Positions 29,424-40,516 of a stretch of DNA of 64,000 bases are shown here, one piece after another. The notes under the pieces were generated by a model. The model was not told the DNA's origin. It searched no databases and worked only from the letters and a program-made list of their open reading frames with translations. The first letter of the stretch is position 1, and each line of letters opens with the position of its first letter. A program made the translations under genes and the position numbers. Origin of the DNA: Candidatus Latescibacterota bacterium (GTDB taxonomy: Bacteria; Latescibacterota; UBA2968; UBA8231); NCBI GenBank assembly GCA_965206595.1, contig OZ242214.1:512001-576000 (forward strand). Reading direction: 5' to 3'.

Positions 29424-30011
29424 CTACCCGGCAGGATCGAGCTCGAAAAGACCCATTGACACGCGCCCCGAAACTTCACCGCCAAAGCCGACAAACGAAA
29501 ATCCAAAGGACTCGGCATTGGCCAGCACCTGCTCGAGCCCCGCGGGCTGCGCCCCATCCCGCGACCAACTGTGATACCAGCGCGCCCCATCGTTTGCAAG
29601 CGTAAAGCGGGTCGGCTCATCCGCCCAGCGTCCCGCGGGAATTTCAATCGGGTGGCCGCTGCAGTGCCAACGCGTGCCGGCAATATGCGCCCAGAAGTAG
29701 CACGCGGCCCCATTGAGCGCCAGGCCGTCCCCGCGCAGACTGACCCCCAACTCCGCCCCGCGCAGGTCGATGGGCCCTTCCCCCACCCAATTCTGATAGC
29801 GAATCAGCGGCAGGATCGACAGCGGTTTTTCGGGTGTATCGGCGCTCCACCGAGTATGATCGGCCCAGACATGACCGCCGCCGTCGATCCCCCCGGTCCG
29901 GGACCAGGTGGTCTGGATAAAAATATTGGCCCCCGCGATGATGCTCGCATGGTATTCGTAGGAGCACCAGCCTTCGGGCCCCTGCATAAAACTGGACTTC
30001 ATCTTCGACAT
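29424..30011 (-). CDS. Hypothetical protein (Trp-rich, possibly beta-sandwich)
   Basis: ~195-aa ORF with a GGAGA RBS, co-oriented with its neighbours. Confidence 0.55.
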   Translation of the reverse strand: MSKMKSSFMQGPEGWCSYEYHASIIAGANIFIQTTWSRTGGIDGGGHVWADHTRWSADTPEKPLSILPLIRYQNWVGEGPIDLRGAELGVSLRGDGLALNGAACYFWAHIAGTRWHCSGHPIEIPAGRWADEPTRFTLANDGARWYHSWSRDGAQPAGLEQVLANAESFGFSFVGFGGEVSGRVSMGLFELDPAG

Positions 30012-30140
30012 CACATCATCTCCCTGGTCAGGATCGCACAATTGCGACCCGCTATCAGCTCATATCGAGGTCTGGTGTGCACCCGTAGTCAAGCGCACGA
30101 ACAGCACGAAGAATAACAGGAACAGGGCCGCCGGGCAGGT

Positions 30141-31253
30141 CTACCTGAACCAGTCGTACTCCTCACGGAGCGAGCGGTCCGCAAGGGGAAGATCCACGCG
30201 GGCGCCGTTGCGGGCGGAAGATTCCTTCAGGGCGATGCTGGTCTCCAGGGCCACGGCCACCCTCCTGCCGGAGTTCTTCGGCTCGTCGAGCTTGCCGGCC
30301 AGGCAGTCCATGACGTCGGCCAGCGAGAAGATCGCCCCGTATATGCCGGTCTGGGGGCCGTCCCAGGGAAGCTCGACGCGGCACTTGGCCGTCTTCCGTC
30401 CCTCGGGCATCAGGGGTATCTCCGTTTCCGACCACTTGCGCCATCCATTGGACCAGTCGTGGACCAGCTCGCCGGTGGTGCCCGAGATGCGAAGCTGGGG
30501 GGCGCCGTGCCGGAAGTGGATGATGAGCCCGTCTTCGGCGACCAGCATGCCCTGGCCGCGGAATTCGTTGTTCTCGTCCTCCAGGTGGTGCCCGGTGCCG
30601 ACGACCCAGGCGGGAGGGGAGTCGAGGAAGTAGGACCAGTTCTGGTGCTGGGCCCCCGGCCCCCTCGTATCCATGGAGACGACCTCGCCGATGGCTCCTT
30701 CCTTCACCAGCTTTTTGGCGTGGGCGAAGGAAGGGTGGGTCGTGGTGATGGCCCCGCAGGAGAGGGGCACGCCGGCGTCGGCGCAGGTCCTGACCATGCG
30801 GTCGGCCTCCTCCAGCGAGTGGCACATCGGCTTGTCGGTCACGATACCCCTGGCGCCGGCCTCGACCGCGGCGCAGGTCAGGTCGGCGCGCCCCTTGGTG
30901 TTGGTGGCTATGGCGACGATGTCGAGGCGTTCCTCGCGCAGCATCTCGTAGGCGTCGGTGTAGACGGCGCCGACGCCGTAGCGCTCCCTGAAGACCTCGA
31001 TCCGTTTGGGGTCGCGGTCGGCCCCTGCGACCAGGTCGATTTCCGGCCGGTCGACGAGGGCCTCGGCGTAGGAGGTGGGCACCCAGTCGCCGGGGTACTC
31101 GTAGTGGTGGAAGGTGCGGTGGACATCGAGCTCCGGGGTGGGGCGGTCGATGTCGTCGACGTGGTAGCGGTCGGGGTGGCGGTTGTTGTAGGTGAGGTCG
31201 TAGAGCATGCCCATGTAGCCCAGGCCGACAACTCCGCCGCGGTATCCTGCCAT
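30141..31253 (-). CDS. Gfo/Idh/MocA family oxidoreductase
   Basis: GVVGLGYMG, LDIVAIAT, IVTDKPM; AGGAG RBS. Confidence 0.88.
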   Translation of the reverse strand: MAGYRGGVVGLGYMGMLYDLTYNNRHPDRYHVDDIDRPTPELDVHRTFHHYEYPGDWVPTSYAEALVDRPEIDLVAGADRDPKRIEVFRERYGVGAVYTDAYEMLREERLDIVAIATNTKGRADLTCAAVEAGARGIVTDKPMCHSLEEADRMVRTCADAGVPLSCGAITTTHPSFAHAKKLVKEGAIGEVVSMDTRGPGAQHQNWSYFLDSPPAWVVGTGHHLEDENNEFRGQGMLVAEDGLIIHFRHGAPQLRISGTTGELVHDWSNGWRKWSETEIPLMPEGRKTAKCRVELPWDGPQTGIYGAIFSLADVMDCLAGKLDEPKNSGRRVAVALETSIALKESSARNGARVDLPLADRSLREEYDWFR

Positions 31254-31405
31254 TTGTTTTCTCCTGATGTCAGTTATGGATCGTTGATTGGGGGGAGGAG
31301 CGCGGCCGGCCCGCAGGACTCGACAACCGGGCGCGGATTCCCTCGGCGCCACTCTCTTCCGGGCAAGTCGCCGTCAAACGCGGTGGCGGTTTTTCCATAC
31401 AGCAC

Positions 31406-33052
31406 CTACCGGTCCCAGCGCGACTGGCGGAATTCGATGCGGCAATGGACGTCGAGCAGCACCGTCCGCCCCCCGGCGTTCAGCCGCTGCGCCTGCTCGA
31501 GGGCGGGCACCAGTTCGTCCGCTTTCTTCACGACGATGCCGGCGGCGCCCATCGCTTCGGCCAGCCTGGCGTAGTCGCCCGTCATCTGCGCCATGCCGTA
31601 GCGCTCGCGGGCGGTCGGAAAGCCCCCGGGATAGGTAGCCATGCCGCCGTTGTCGAGCACCACGGTAGTGATCGGGACCTCGGCGCGCACGGCAGTTTCG
31701 ATGTCGAGGCCGGACATGCCGAAGGCGCCGTCCCCCATCACGTTGAGGCAGAACCTGCCGGGGTGGGCGAGCTTGGCTCCGATCATCAGGGGGATGCCGA
31801 AGCCCAGGTGGGTGGTCCGGCCCCAGCCGACGTAGCTGTGGGGTGCGGTGGCGGTGTAGAAGGGGACCATCGAATCGCGCGTCGCTCCGGCGTCGTGGGT
31901 GACGATGCTGTTCTCCCGGTCGAGGGTTTGGTCGATCGCGTGGATGACCCGGTAAGGATTGAGCGGCTGTTCGTTGGAGGTCAGCAGCGGCCTCCACTCC
32001 TCGAGCCATTGCCCTTTCAGGGCGCCGATCCCCGCGGCAACCCGCCGTTTCCGCTCTTCCCGCCCCGTCTCCCCGATCCGCGTTTTCACCTCGTCGACGA
32101 GGGCGGCCAGGGTCAGCCGGGCATCTCCGATCAGACCGACGGCGGCCGCTTCGTCCTTGTTGATGTCGTCCGGGTTGTTGCTGTTCTGGATGATGACGGT
32201 TTCCGGCCGGATCTCGTGAGAGTAGGGGGACCGGCTCAGGCTGGCGCCGACGGCCAGCAGCAGGTCGCATTCGAGGATCGAGGTGCGGGCGGCAAGGTTC
32301 ATCGCCCGGCTGCCGGCGCCCAGCGACAGGGGATGCCGTTCGTCGAAACCGGATTTGCCCGCCAGGGTGCAGAACACCGGGATGCCGGTCAGCTCCGCCA
32401 GCTCCTTCAGTTCACCGGAAGCGCCGGAGAAGAGGACGCCGGCACCCGCCCATATCAGGGGTTTCTCCGCTTCCAGCAGCAGCTTTGCGGCATCCTTCAC
32501 GTCGCCGTTCGCAGGCGCCTGAAGGGACATCCTGGGAGCGCGGTAGTCCCGGGCGTCCGGGGGAACCTCGCGTCCGCAGACGTCCTCGGTCATCTCGACC
32601 GCCACCGGTCCGGAGGGGCCGTTGCGCAAGGCGTGAAAGGCGCGCCGCATGACCGCGGAGATCTGCTCCGGCGCGTACACCGCTTCGACCCGCCTGGTAA
32701 GGCCCTGGTACTGCCGGACCGCGGAAAAGTTCGGCCGCACCCCGATGCGGTCGAGGTCGGGGCCCTGCGGCAGCAGCAGTATCGGAACGTTGTCGGCGAA
32801 CGACTGGGCCAGTCCCCCCATGGAGTTCTCGGCGCCCGGCTGCGACTGGACCGCGACGACACCGAAGCGCCGCCGGTCGCTGGTGCGGCTGTACCCGTCC
32901 GCGGCCATGACGGCGCCGCGTTCGTGGCGGAACATGACGGGCCGGATGCCTTCCCGGGCGGCCGCTTCGATCAGCGGATTGGAAGGAAAGCAGGCAAGCC
33001 ACTCGACTCCCTCGGTCTTCAGTATCCGGGCGATGAGCTCGGTGCCGTTCAT
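31406..33052 (-). CDS. Thiamine-pyrophosphate-dependent enzyme (acetolactate-synthase-like family)
   Basis: FRHERGAVMAADGY and the TPP motif GDGAFGM...LDNG. Confidence 0.9.
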   Translation of the reverse strand: MNGTELIARILKTEGVEWLACFPSNPLIEAAAREGIRPVMFRHERGAVMAADGYSRTSDRRRFGVVAVQSQPGAENSMGGLAQSFADNVPILLLPQGPDLDRIGVRPNFSAVRQYQGLTRRVEAVYAPEQISAVMRRAFHALRNGPSGPVAVEMTEDVCGREVPPDARDYRAPRMSLQAPANGDVKDAAKLLLEAEKPLIWAGAGVLFSGASGELKELAELTGIPVFCTLAGKSGFDERHPLSLGAGSRAMNLAARTSILECDLLLAVGASLSRSPYSHEIRPETVIIQNSNNPDDINKDEAAAVGLIGDARLTLAALVDEVKTRIGETGREERKRRVAAGIGALKGQWLEEWRPLLTSNEQPLNPYRVIHAIDQTLDRENSIVTHDAGATRDSMVPFYTATAPHSYVGWGRTTHLGFGIPLMIGAKLAHPGRFCLNVMGDGAFGMSGLDIETAVRAEVPITTVVLDNGGMATYPGGFPTARERYGMAQMTGDYARLAEAMGAAGIVVKKADELVPALEQAQRLNAGGRTVLLDVHCRIEFRQSRWDR

Positions 33053-33359
33053 TTGATTTGTCCGCCAGCCTGTCAGAGGTGTGATCGAAACGATTTCCGC
33101 TCCGGGGATGGTGCCGGGCCAGGAAGATGGTGCCAAAGGGCAGGGTTCGCTACGCCGGAATCAGGGGCTCGCATCGGTTGGGCCGCAACGAATGCGGATG
33201 GCAGTCTGGTCGAAGGCGAACGGGGCGGGTGCCTCTCCGGCTCCGGTCCGGGAGGGGGCAGCCCGGGTGGTTGCGGTGCGTTGTCCGGCTCGAGTACGTA
33301 CTCAGCGAACGGGTGCGCACGCCCCCGGGCGATGGCTTTCGCATGGTGGAAATGGCTTG

Positions 33360-33809
33360 AGATTTCCGGAGATCTTCCGGGCCGCCGCGCGGAAGGGGGC
33401 AGAGCTGTTCTTCCTGCCGAACGGAGGCAGTGGCTACGGGGAACTGGTCGGCGACGACGGCGACCAGACAGAGCAGGTAAAGGCGCACGTGGAGGAGGTC
33501 ATGTACCTGCTTCAGGCCCGGGCGGTCGACAACGGTTTGTACGTGTTCTTCGCCAACCAGGCCGGCCTGAGCGGCCGCTCGGGGTTTCCGGGTTATTGCC
33601 TTGCGGTGGATCCGAGCGGCCGCCTGCTGGGGGCGCACACCACCGGCGGCGAAGGGATGATCGTTGTCGAGGTTTCGAAGCGGGCGGTCGAGGAGGCGAA
33701 GAAAAACCCCAGATGTACGGTCGGCGAGATTCGTCTGGACGTGTACGAGAATCCGACGATCGTGAGAGGGTTAACAGAGAAGAAGAAAACTTTCAGGAAC
33801 AAAGAGTAA
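33360..33809 (+). pseudogene. Carbon-nitrogen hydrolase (nitrilase superfamily) C-terminal fragment
   Basis: RFPEIFR...GAELFFLP...ARAVDNGLYVFFANQAG; the N-terminal half and catalytic Cys context are missing. Confidence 0.65.
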
Positions 33810-33876
33810 GCCACCGGAGTCAGCCCGCTAAAAAGGGGGACCTTCTAACCGGGGGGGCTTTCAGGGTTTTTCGTCC

Positions 33877-35043
33877 TTATTGATCGCGGTTTTTCCATCC
33901 GGGTGGATCGGAGTTGTTTTTACAGAAGAAAAGTTGAACGTGTCCGCAATTGTTGCAGGTGAATATTTTGAACGATTTTCCAGACGTTGGTCTCAATCCA
34001 AAATTGTACATTCCATCATGATCTTTGTCCACATCAAATTGATATCTACCGAAACCACAAACTCTACAGGGACGGTCGAAATCCCCGATTGGACCACCGC
34101 CAATCCTTATGGCACCGAGAAGGCTATCAATTTTTTCAAGTAACAGCCCTGCGTTATAAAGACAGTCCGCTTCATTTTCCACAATGCACTTGTCAAGCAA
34201 GTCATTGAGAAGTGCCATTTCAGCTCTATCCGGGAACTTCTTCTCAAGATCGTTTTCGGAACGACGGTGATACCAAAGGGGAAGGATCGGGGTGTTTGAT
34301 ACCATTGACCAAATAGTCTTACCCAATGAAAAGACATCGAAACTTGGCCTTACATCCTCTAATCGCATACGGGTAGCCCATAGTGGCATCCAGTCAGAAC
34401 TGCCTGCGTTTTCGAAGGTGTCGGTGAGTCGCGTGAGCTCTCCGTCCATGAACAACACAAGGCCAAAGTCTCCCAGGATTAGCTGATTTTTTTCACTTAG
34501 GAAAATGTTATCTGGTTTGATGTCGCGGTGGACAAGATTATTTCCGTGCAAAGTTGCGACCCCTTCAACGAGTGGCCGAACTGCATTCAGGGAATTTCCC
34601 ACTTGACCGGTGAAATCTCCTGATCTGCATTTCAAGGTCCCATTTGGATAATATTTCGAAACAAACCATTTCTCTTCAATATCGTGATCTAGAACCTTCA
34701 GGAGATTAGGATGGTCGGCTTGGGCCATAGCTTCTATTTCTCGATTCAGCCGCGTTTCTGCGTCTTCGAAATTCCGGGCTTCATTCGGGGCGTTAAGGAT
34801 TTTCAGGGCACCATGGTTCATGGGATTTTCCGCTTGAAAAATGCGGACAATTTCTTTCCGGATCTGGTTCAGGATTTTTGGTTTTTCCTCCCTAGGGAGT
34901 CCCACAGTCCCAAGCCTACTAATGGCATCTGTTAGAGCATATAGATCCAGTTTGACTGACCGCCTGTCCAAGACTCGGATGACCTTACCTTGTCCACCTT
35001 CTCCAATGGGTTCGATCTCTTCCCAACGGCTTTGGTACTTCAT
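33877..35043 (-). CDS. Hanks-type Ser/Thr protein kinase with a C-terminal Zn ribbon
   Basis: GEGGQG, ALK, HRDIKPDN, DFG, DVFSLG; CRVC...CNNC; visibly AT-richer than the flanks. Confidence 0.88.
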   Translation of the reverse strand: MKYQSRWEEIEPIGEGGQGKVIRVLDRRSVKLDLYALTDAISRLGTVGLPREEKPKILNQIRKEIVRIFQAENPMNHGALKILNAPNEARNFEDAETRLNREIEAMAQADHPNLLKVLDHDIEEKWFVSKYYPNGTLKCRSGDFTGQVGNSLNAVRPLVEGVATLHGNNLVHRDIKPDNIFLSEKNQLILGDFGLVLFMDGELTRLTDTFENAGSSDWMPLWATRMRLEDVRPSFDVFSLGKTIWSMVSNTPILPLWYHRRSENDLEKKFPDRAEMALLNDLLDKCIVENEADCLYNAGLLLEKIDSLLGAIRIGGGPIGDFDRPCRVCGFGRYQFDVDKDHDGMYNFGLRPTSGKSFKIFTCNNCGHVQLFFCKNNSDPPGWKNRDQ

Positions 35044-35308
35044 TTTCTAATCTCCAAGTGGGTAGAACAACCGGCGAGCTTTATGAATGCAGGAATTAAT
35101 CGGAACAGGAAAACCTGAACCGATGGTTGGCGCAAATGAAAACCATGGACCCGTACCGAACAAGCCACTCAGGAGCTGCCGAAAAGACAGATGTCGTTTC
35201 TGTGAGGGGTATGTGGACGTTGCTTACGTCCGCATCGCATCAGTCAAACATCCGGCTGACTGAGACGATGGCCGCCGTTTGGCCGACACCCCTACCTCCG
35301 TTTCACTA

Positions 35309-36388
35309 TCACCCCGTAAGCCTGCTCACCATCTCATCGTCGAGCTCCACCCCGAGACCCGGCCCGTCCGGCACCGCGATGTACCCGTCGACCACCTCCA
35401 GCGGTTCTTTGAGGATCGGCCATTCATCCCTTATCGAAATCGGTTCGATGTTGTATTCCTGCGAGTAGGGAACCATCGGGCTCGCCGCGCAGAAATGCAG
35501 GTGGGCCACCGTGCTGAGTATCGGCTGGGTATTGTGAACGGTGATCGGAATGCCGAACGCCGACGCCAGCGCCTCGATCTTCATGAACTCCGTGAACCCC
35601 GGAACCTTGACGATGTCCGGCTGAATTATATCCACCCTTCCCCTGGTGATGAGGTCGCGGTACTGGTGGTGGGTGTAGATCATCTCCCCCGAGGCTATCG
35701 GGATCGTCAGCGCGTCGGCGATCCGCGCCAGCCCCTCGAGATCGTGCGCCGGCCGCGGCTCTTCGAAGTGGAACACCCCGAGGTCCTCCAGGGCAGCGCC
35801 GATGTAAATGGACTGGTGCACGGAGTACGCCCCGTTCACGTCGACCAGGATGTCGATGTCGTCCCCGACAGCGGCTCGCACCTCGGTCACCGTCTCGATG
35901 GTCTCGTCCGCAGGGTCGTCGATTTCACCGGGAACGGCGCTGTGCAGCTTGTACCCGCTGTACCCCTGTTCCACGAACGAGGCCGCCCGCCGGCCCTCCT
36001 CCAGGGGAGTCAGGTCGCGCCGCATCGAGCTCGCGTAGACCTTCACCTTGTCCCGGATCCTGCCGCCCAGCAGCTTGTGGATCGGAACCCCCAACGCCTT
36101 CCCCTTGATGTCCCACAGGGCGATGTCCAGGCCGGCGATGGCGCAGAACACCGCACCGCCCATCTCTTCGGCCGAACCCGCCTCCATCATGTCGCGGAAC
36201 CGCGGGCCGGTATCCAGGGGATCCCTGCCGGCTATGGCCGGGGCAAGATGCTCCTCGATGAGGGCCTTGGTCACCCCCGGCTGCCGCCGGAAACACTCGC
36301 CGATTCCCGTGATCCCCTCATCCGTATGGACCCACACGAACGGGAAATCCCCGTCCAGTATCAGGCACTCCACCGAGACGATCTTCAT
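35309..36388 (-). CDS. Mandelate racemase/muconate lactonising (enolase superfamily) enzyme
   Basis: DIALWDIKGK, LVDVN, FEEP, ASGE, IIQPD. Confidence 0.9.
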   Translation of the reverse strand: MKIVSVECLILDGDFPFVWVHTDEGITGIGECFRRQPGVTKALIEEHLAPAIAGRDPLDTGPRFRDMMEAGSAEEMGGAVFCAIAGLDIALWDIKGKALGVPIHKLLGGRIRDKVKVYASSMRRDLTPLEEGRRAASFVEQGYSGYKLHSAVPGEIDDPADETIETVTEVRAAVGDDIDILVDVNGAYSVHQSIYIGAALEDLGVFHFEEPRPAHDLEGLARIADALTIPIASGEMIYTHHQYRDLITRGRVDIIQPDIVKVPGFTEFMKIEALASAFGIPITVHNTQPILSTVAHLHFCAASPMVPYSQEYNIEPISIRDEWPILKEPLEVVDGYIAVPDGPGLGVELDDEMVSRLTG

Positions 36389-36496
36389 AAGCTGAAACCT
36401 CCAGGCTGCCGGTTTGTCCGCGCTGGCTTGGACCTCAAAAATTCCGCGCCGCCCGGCGCCGCTCCATTCCGTGTACCGGAAACCACTCCCGTAATC

Positions 36497-37651
36497 TCAG
36501 GCACCGGGGGCCTTCCATGAGAACGCCGGCTGCAGGTGCCGGTAGGGATGGCGGTTGTAGCTCGCCCGGGGTTCCCGGCCTTTCCACTTCCAGGCGATGA
36601 AATCGAGCAGGACCTCCCAGTCCTCGAGGGCGTGCGAATGGCCGCCCTTCCGGAGGTGGAAGGCAATGTCGTCCGGCACCCCGAGGAAACGGTAGATCTC
36701 TCCGGCTGCCCACGCGGACTGCACCATCCCCTCCGGGTTCGACCAGCGGTCGTCCAGGGCGAAGGTCAGCAACAGCGGCCGGGGTGCGACCGCGGCCAGG
36801 AGGCAGTGCTGGTCGAAGGGGATCTCCTTTTCCCGGCCGAGAAAGGGCCTCAGGCCGGGGCCGAACCAGGATGGGAAGGCGTTGATGATGTCGAGGGTTT
36901 CCCCGCCGTCCCCGACGTACCGGAAAGGGGGGCTGCCCGCTGCGCAGGAGGCGTTGTCGTTGACCAGGGCGATCCGGTCGTCGCTTGCTCCCGCCACCAG
37001 GGCGGCCTTCCCGCCCCGGGAGTGCCCGGTGACGGCGATGCGATCCGGGTCGATGAAGGGAAGACCCTGCAAGAGATCCACGCAGCGGTGATATCCCCAG
37101 GCCCAGGCCGCCAGGGCACCGAACTCCCGGCCGGGGTACAGATCGTAGAGCCCGCCGCTCCGCCTGGTCTTGTCAGCAACCCCCCTGTAGCCGAGGTCCT
37201 CGGCCATCTCCGTCCGGTTGAACATGACCAGGGCACAGCCGCCCTCCACCACCCGTCCGGCAACGTCGTCCGATACATACCACCAGCACCCGTCCCCGTC
37301 GACGATTGCCGGGCACGGCTCCCCTTCTCCCGGAAAGAGGATGCGCACGTTGAAGCTGAAGGGGCGTTCGCCGCCCCGGCAGTGGACGCGGAACGACCAG
37401 AGGTTCGGACTGCCGGGCAATCGCCGGGCCTGGCTGTGGCAGAGCGTCTCCACCTCGATCCCGTCCGGAGGGGGCGGCAGGCCTCCGTATTCCATCTCGA
37501 CGACCATGTCCCTCCAGGCGCGCGAACAGGCCGGCCATTCTTCTTTCGATGCTATCCTCTTGCCGCCCGGTGCAACGAACGGGTCGGGCAGTTCCCCCTT
37601 GTTCACGACTGGCTCGGTTGGATAGCTGGCTTCGGAGTTCTGTTTCGTCAT
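36497..37651 (-). CDS. CE15 glucuronoyl-esterase-like alpha/beta hydrolase
   Basis: LPDPF, GALAAWAWG, VTGHSRGGK, PFDQH, APRPLL. Confidence 0.85.
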   Translation of the reverse strand: MTKQNSEASYPTEPVVNKGELPDPFVAPGGKRIASKEEWPACSRAWRDMVVEMEYGGLPPPPDGIEVETLCHSQARRLPGSPNLWSFRVHCRGGERPFSFNVRILFPGEGEPCPAIVDGDGCWWYVSDDVAGRVVEGGCALVMFNRTEMAEDLGYRGVADKTRRSGGLYDLYPGREFGALAAWAWGYHRCVDLLQGLPFIDPDRIAVTGHSRGGKAALVAGASDDRIALVNDNASCAAGSPPFRYVGDGGETLDIINAFPSWFGPGLRPFLGREKEIPFDQHCLLAAVAPRPLLLTFALDDRWSNPEGMVQSAWAAGEIYRFLGVPDDIAFHLRKGGHSHALEDWEVLLDFIAWKWKGREPRASYNRHPYRHLQPAFSWKAPGA

Positions 37652-37789
37652 CGCGTTCCCCCGGTCATTGCTGCAGGATTGGTCAACGGACCACCGATAT
37701 CTCCGTTGCAAAATGCGGCCTGAGTCGCGAATTGCAACGCAGGCGCGGGGTTTCTTCTCCCGTATCTATCTATAAACAACCAGTTACCG

Positions 37790-37809
37790 ATACCCCCTGC
37801 AGGGGGTAT
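37790..37809. promoter_or_regulatory. Perfect 20-bp palindrome resembling a CsoR/RcnR-family operator
   Basis: ATACCCCCTGCAGGGGGTAT is its own reverse complement and has the TAC-C-tract/G-tract-GTA layout. Confidence 0.45.
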
Positions 37810-38226
37810 GGAGGCACTGGAGCGGTTCGAGGCCGCATTCTGCAGCATTTCGAGACCGATCGGCCGGCTTTCCAATATTCCCTAACCTCCGCATTTACAG
37901 CAAGTTGGCCGATTGATGAAAAGGAGGCACCGATCTTGCTCCATTTCGGGGATTCCAGAATTGCAGGATGGGGATGCAGCCGTTCAGGTAGGAGTGCTAG
38001 GGCGATGATCCGGACCGCGCTCGCCATCATCGCTCGGGCAGGTCCGAAGCGGCAGTGTAGCTATGTCAACGGATTCTGCGGCAGAGGGGAAGGGTGGATG
38101 GTGATGGGTATCGGCGAGACGGAAAGCCCCCCTGTCTCAAGTGCCTTCCATGTTTTTTGAGGGTACGCTCGAGTTTAAATTGTGCATTAAATATTGGCCG
38201 GGCTTTAGGTGGCAGTTTTTTTCCGA

Positions 38227-39737
38227 TCACTCCGTCGGCAACCGTGAGCGACTGTCGATTGCATTCATCAAGCACTGACAAATCCCCTCGACTGTTTGGT
38301 CCACTTCAGCCTTTCCGAAATCGAGTTTCGAAAAAGGGATTTGGCCCCCTGGCGCCGTGAGAGGATCTCCGTCGATTGCTACCTCAAACGAGAATCCTTC
38401 GCCTCCCAGTTTCCACCCAACAGACAGGATCAAACCAAAGTTACTGCCACCTCCTCCTGTGTAATCATCGAATTTGTATTCCTCCCTCAGCTCGATTTGT
38501 CGTTCATCCCCAAGCTTGAACCCCCGCTTCACGAAATGTTCCTGCTTCGTGCGTTCCCAGTTGGTCGAAACGAATTGCCCACCACCGATTACCTGATGTT
38601 GTCCAATGTATGAGATGCAAAAGGATCTGCGAAATAGTTCCTGCAAGTGAACAAGCGCACTCTCCAACTTATCCAGCGTAGGCCGAAGGTGCATAAGAAA
38701 GACATGATCGAGGATTTCGAGATCGGATTCGTTGGGCTCAGGTCCCCTTATATTGCGCACGAAAAGTTCCATCTCTTTGGCGGTATCGTCGGGGTCCTGG
38801 ATCGATTCTCCTTTCGCAGCCCGAATTCCCAGATCAATTGACCATGAAGCATTTTCCAGCATGAACTCGGTCAGTGGCAAGATGCGACCAACATCGGCGT
38901 TCTGGAGCGCGCTGATGTAGCGGTCCCGATCGTCGCTCTTGATCACGATAGGGAGCAGGTTTTTCCGGAGCAATGCGTAGTTTGCGAGAAGCCGCGCGGT
39001 GCGACCGTTCCCATCGTCGAACGGATGGATGCACAAGAAACGCCAGTGAGTTTCGGCCAGAAACAACGGCAGAGGATAGGCATTCCGCTCCAGATCACGT
39101 CGAAAATTCCGGGTCCACTCCTCCATTGACCGGGGTGTTTCCTCGGGCTCGGCGTACCGGTGCAGCTCCCCAGTAGTGGTCCGCACGTGATTCGGCTGTA
39201 TTTGCCTGGAACAATTCGCTTCCGGGTTGGTTGGCCATCCGGCGTTTCAGCGGGTCTCCAGAATGGCTCCTTGAGGAGGATTTCGTTCAGCTGCCTTATA
39301 TCGCTTTCCCCGATGATCTGTTCCTCACCTGCAAGGGATCGCGTATAGTCGATCGCAACATTGTGCGCCTTCATCTCCTCGTAATCCCGCATCGGATGCC
39401 CACCCGCCGTACGGCCGTGGATTAGCAGCAATTCCGTTTCGTGGTAGGTCAGCGTGTTCCCCTCGATATGGTTGCTGTTGTAGTTCCATTCGAGTCTGAG
39501 TTTCCTCCAGAGTCGTTCGTAGTCAGAGATCTTGATCCCTTCGCGCAGCTCCCGCCATTCCGCTATCTCCGCCTCCAGTTTTACAAAACGTTCAAAGAGG
39601 CGAACGTGATCACCGGTGAGGTCTGGGATGTCGATACCTAGTGAGCGAGATTCAGCGATCCAGCGGTCCATTCTTTCTCTGACCTCGGCCTCGGTTTCGA
39701 GGGCAAAATGGTCATCCGATTTTTCGGTGTTTTTCAT
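38227..39737 (-). pseudogene. Fic-family protein, frameshifted at ~39197
   Basis: The 5' ORF has YNSNHIEGNTL and the 3' ORF has HPFDDGNGRTAR. The frames join at PGKY / QPNHVRT. Confidence 0.85.
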
Positions 39738-40516
39738 TTTCGATCCCTTCAAATAACAATCCAGCCCGGCTGCGACTTCCGCAATCCCACCTCCAGTCTG
39801 AAATCTCCTGGGGCACCGGGCGATTCCTCCCCATTTCTCCGGCCGCAGGACCACATTGCCGGGAGTATCAAGGAAAATAGGTTATCCATTTTGGCCCTCA
39901 ATCCATTGGGTGAATGCACGCAGGACCGACAAGGTCCCTGAAGGACCTACCCACGGTCCTATCGGCAGTGTTTTCAGTATAGCCCCGGAGGCTGCCTCGT
40001 ATCCGATCCGATCCCGGGTCAGGCGGGACACGGGGGCCTTCAGGGCGCAGAAACCTGTGCTGCTCGTGCGTAGGGGGGCTGTCGACAGGCCAGGTCCCGC
40101 CAATTCGGGCTGCATTGGAGGGGGTCACCGCCTACGGCTTCCCGGCATCCTAACCACCAGATTGCCTCGGTTGAGTCCGGGTTCGGAAGGTCGGCAAGGA
40201 TCCTCAGCCGCCCACCGGACCGCGCATGGGCTGACCACGGCGGAAATTATTGCGGGAGGAGGATCCCCCACCGCAACCGACGACTCCATCCCGCTGATAC
40301 CCCCCGCAGGTGACAATTTGGCTTTTCCGCCGGCCTTCGGGGGCCCACTTTATCGGCGCTGTTCCGGCAACTTCAGGTACACCATCTGCACGATGCCAAC
40401 CGGAGAGACAGACGCCACCGTGCTCTGGGAGAGCCAGCGCGACCCCTTCGACGCTGCCGGTGCGCACCGTCTTCGGCGCTACCCCATGGCATTCCAACCG
40501 GCAAAAGACCGATCTG

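Noticed and set aside
8671-33883. Long antisense ORFs (e.g. 8671-10641, 26337-27938, 31445-33883)
   Set aside because: These are shadow frames of well-supported high-GC genes on the opposite strand.
33810-35300. Possible integron cassette (attC) around the kinase
   Set aside because: A GTTAGAA is present downstream but there is no matching RYYYAAC or attC stem, and no integrase.
39750-40500. ORFs between the Fic gene and the deacetylase fusion
   Set aside because: Low-complexity Pro/Arg/Gly translations with no motif; treated as non-coding or decayed sequence.
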